Shown piece after piece: positions 57,668-57,777 of a stretch of 57,777 nucleotides of DNA; the first letter of the stretch is position 1, and each line of letters starts with the position of its first letter. The translations under genes and the position numbers were made by a program. This DNA is from an uncultured Mycoplasmatota bacterium (GTDB taxonomy: Bacteria > Bacillota_I > Bacilli_A > RF39 > UBA660): the NCBI GenBank assembly GCA_945919295.1, contig CAMEJC010000002.1, positions 1 through 57,777 of the forward strand, written 5' to 3'. The notes under the pieces are model-generated. The model worked only from the letters and a program-made list of their open reading frames with translations. It ran no database searches and had not been told where the DNA came from.

Positions 57668-57692
57668 GGAAGCTTATATCAGCTTCCTTTTA
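57668..57692 (+). terminator. Orphan terminator-like hairpin
   Basis: ggaagct-tatatc-agcttcc followed by tttt. No ORF precedes it. Confidence 0.4.
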
Positions 57693-57777
57693 CTTACCAT
57701 AATAATAACATAAATTATTTTATTGTAAATGGTAAAATAAAATGTAGGAAATCGGTAAAAATAAATGTCGGTTTTCC

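Noticed and set aside
1-57777. Search for rRNA, tRNA, CRISPR arrays, transposases, integrases and prophage blocks
   Set aside because: I saw no GC-rich structured RNA-like gaps, no regularly spaced direct repeats, and no recombinase or transposase-like ORFs. All non-coding gaps longer than 150 bp are AT-rich promoter or terminator regions.

Overview
This is a strongly AT-rich, gene-dense chromosomal segment from a low-GC, endospore-forming Firmicute (Bacillota). Sporulation markers include spoIIR, cwlD, YjcZ-type tiny proteins, a YetF/DUF421 protein and Spo0A boxes. Gene orientation switches at about 21.5-21.8 kb. To the right on the + strand lies the classical origin-proximal set rpmH-rnpA-yidC-jag-(MscS-like)-mnmE-mnmG-rsmG-noc, followed by spoIIR, murA, rpmE and ltaS. 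To the left on the - strand lie soj-spo0J, a cold-shock gene, a CPBP protease, the replication module dnaB-dnaI-dnaE, gmk, valS and a string of membrane and cell-wall genes. I see no dnaA or dnaN and no cluster of DnaA boxes. The right third carries an agr-type quorum-sensing locus, in which a LytTR regulator and kinase converge on agrB plus a 38-aa AgrD-like peptide missing from the ORF track. It also carries a membrane-anchored PTS-EIIB-like domain lacking the phospho-Cys, an orphan polytopic histidine kinase behind two tandem perfect Spo0A boxes, clpP, cwlD, a solitary Abi (AbiD/F-type) gene, htrA, tsaE-tsaB-rimI-tsaD, a sortase-type surface protein, pcrA and a VanY-type peptidase. At the right edge is a tandem duplication of a complete promoter-gene-terminator unit encoding coiled-coil/2-TM/coiled-coil proteins of unknown function. 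I recognised no rRNA, tRNA, CRISPR array, transposase or integrase. All functional calls rest on motifs read by eye and on remembered family signatures; no searches were run.
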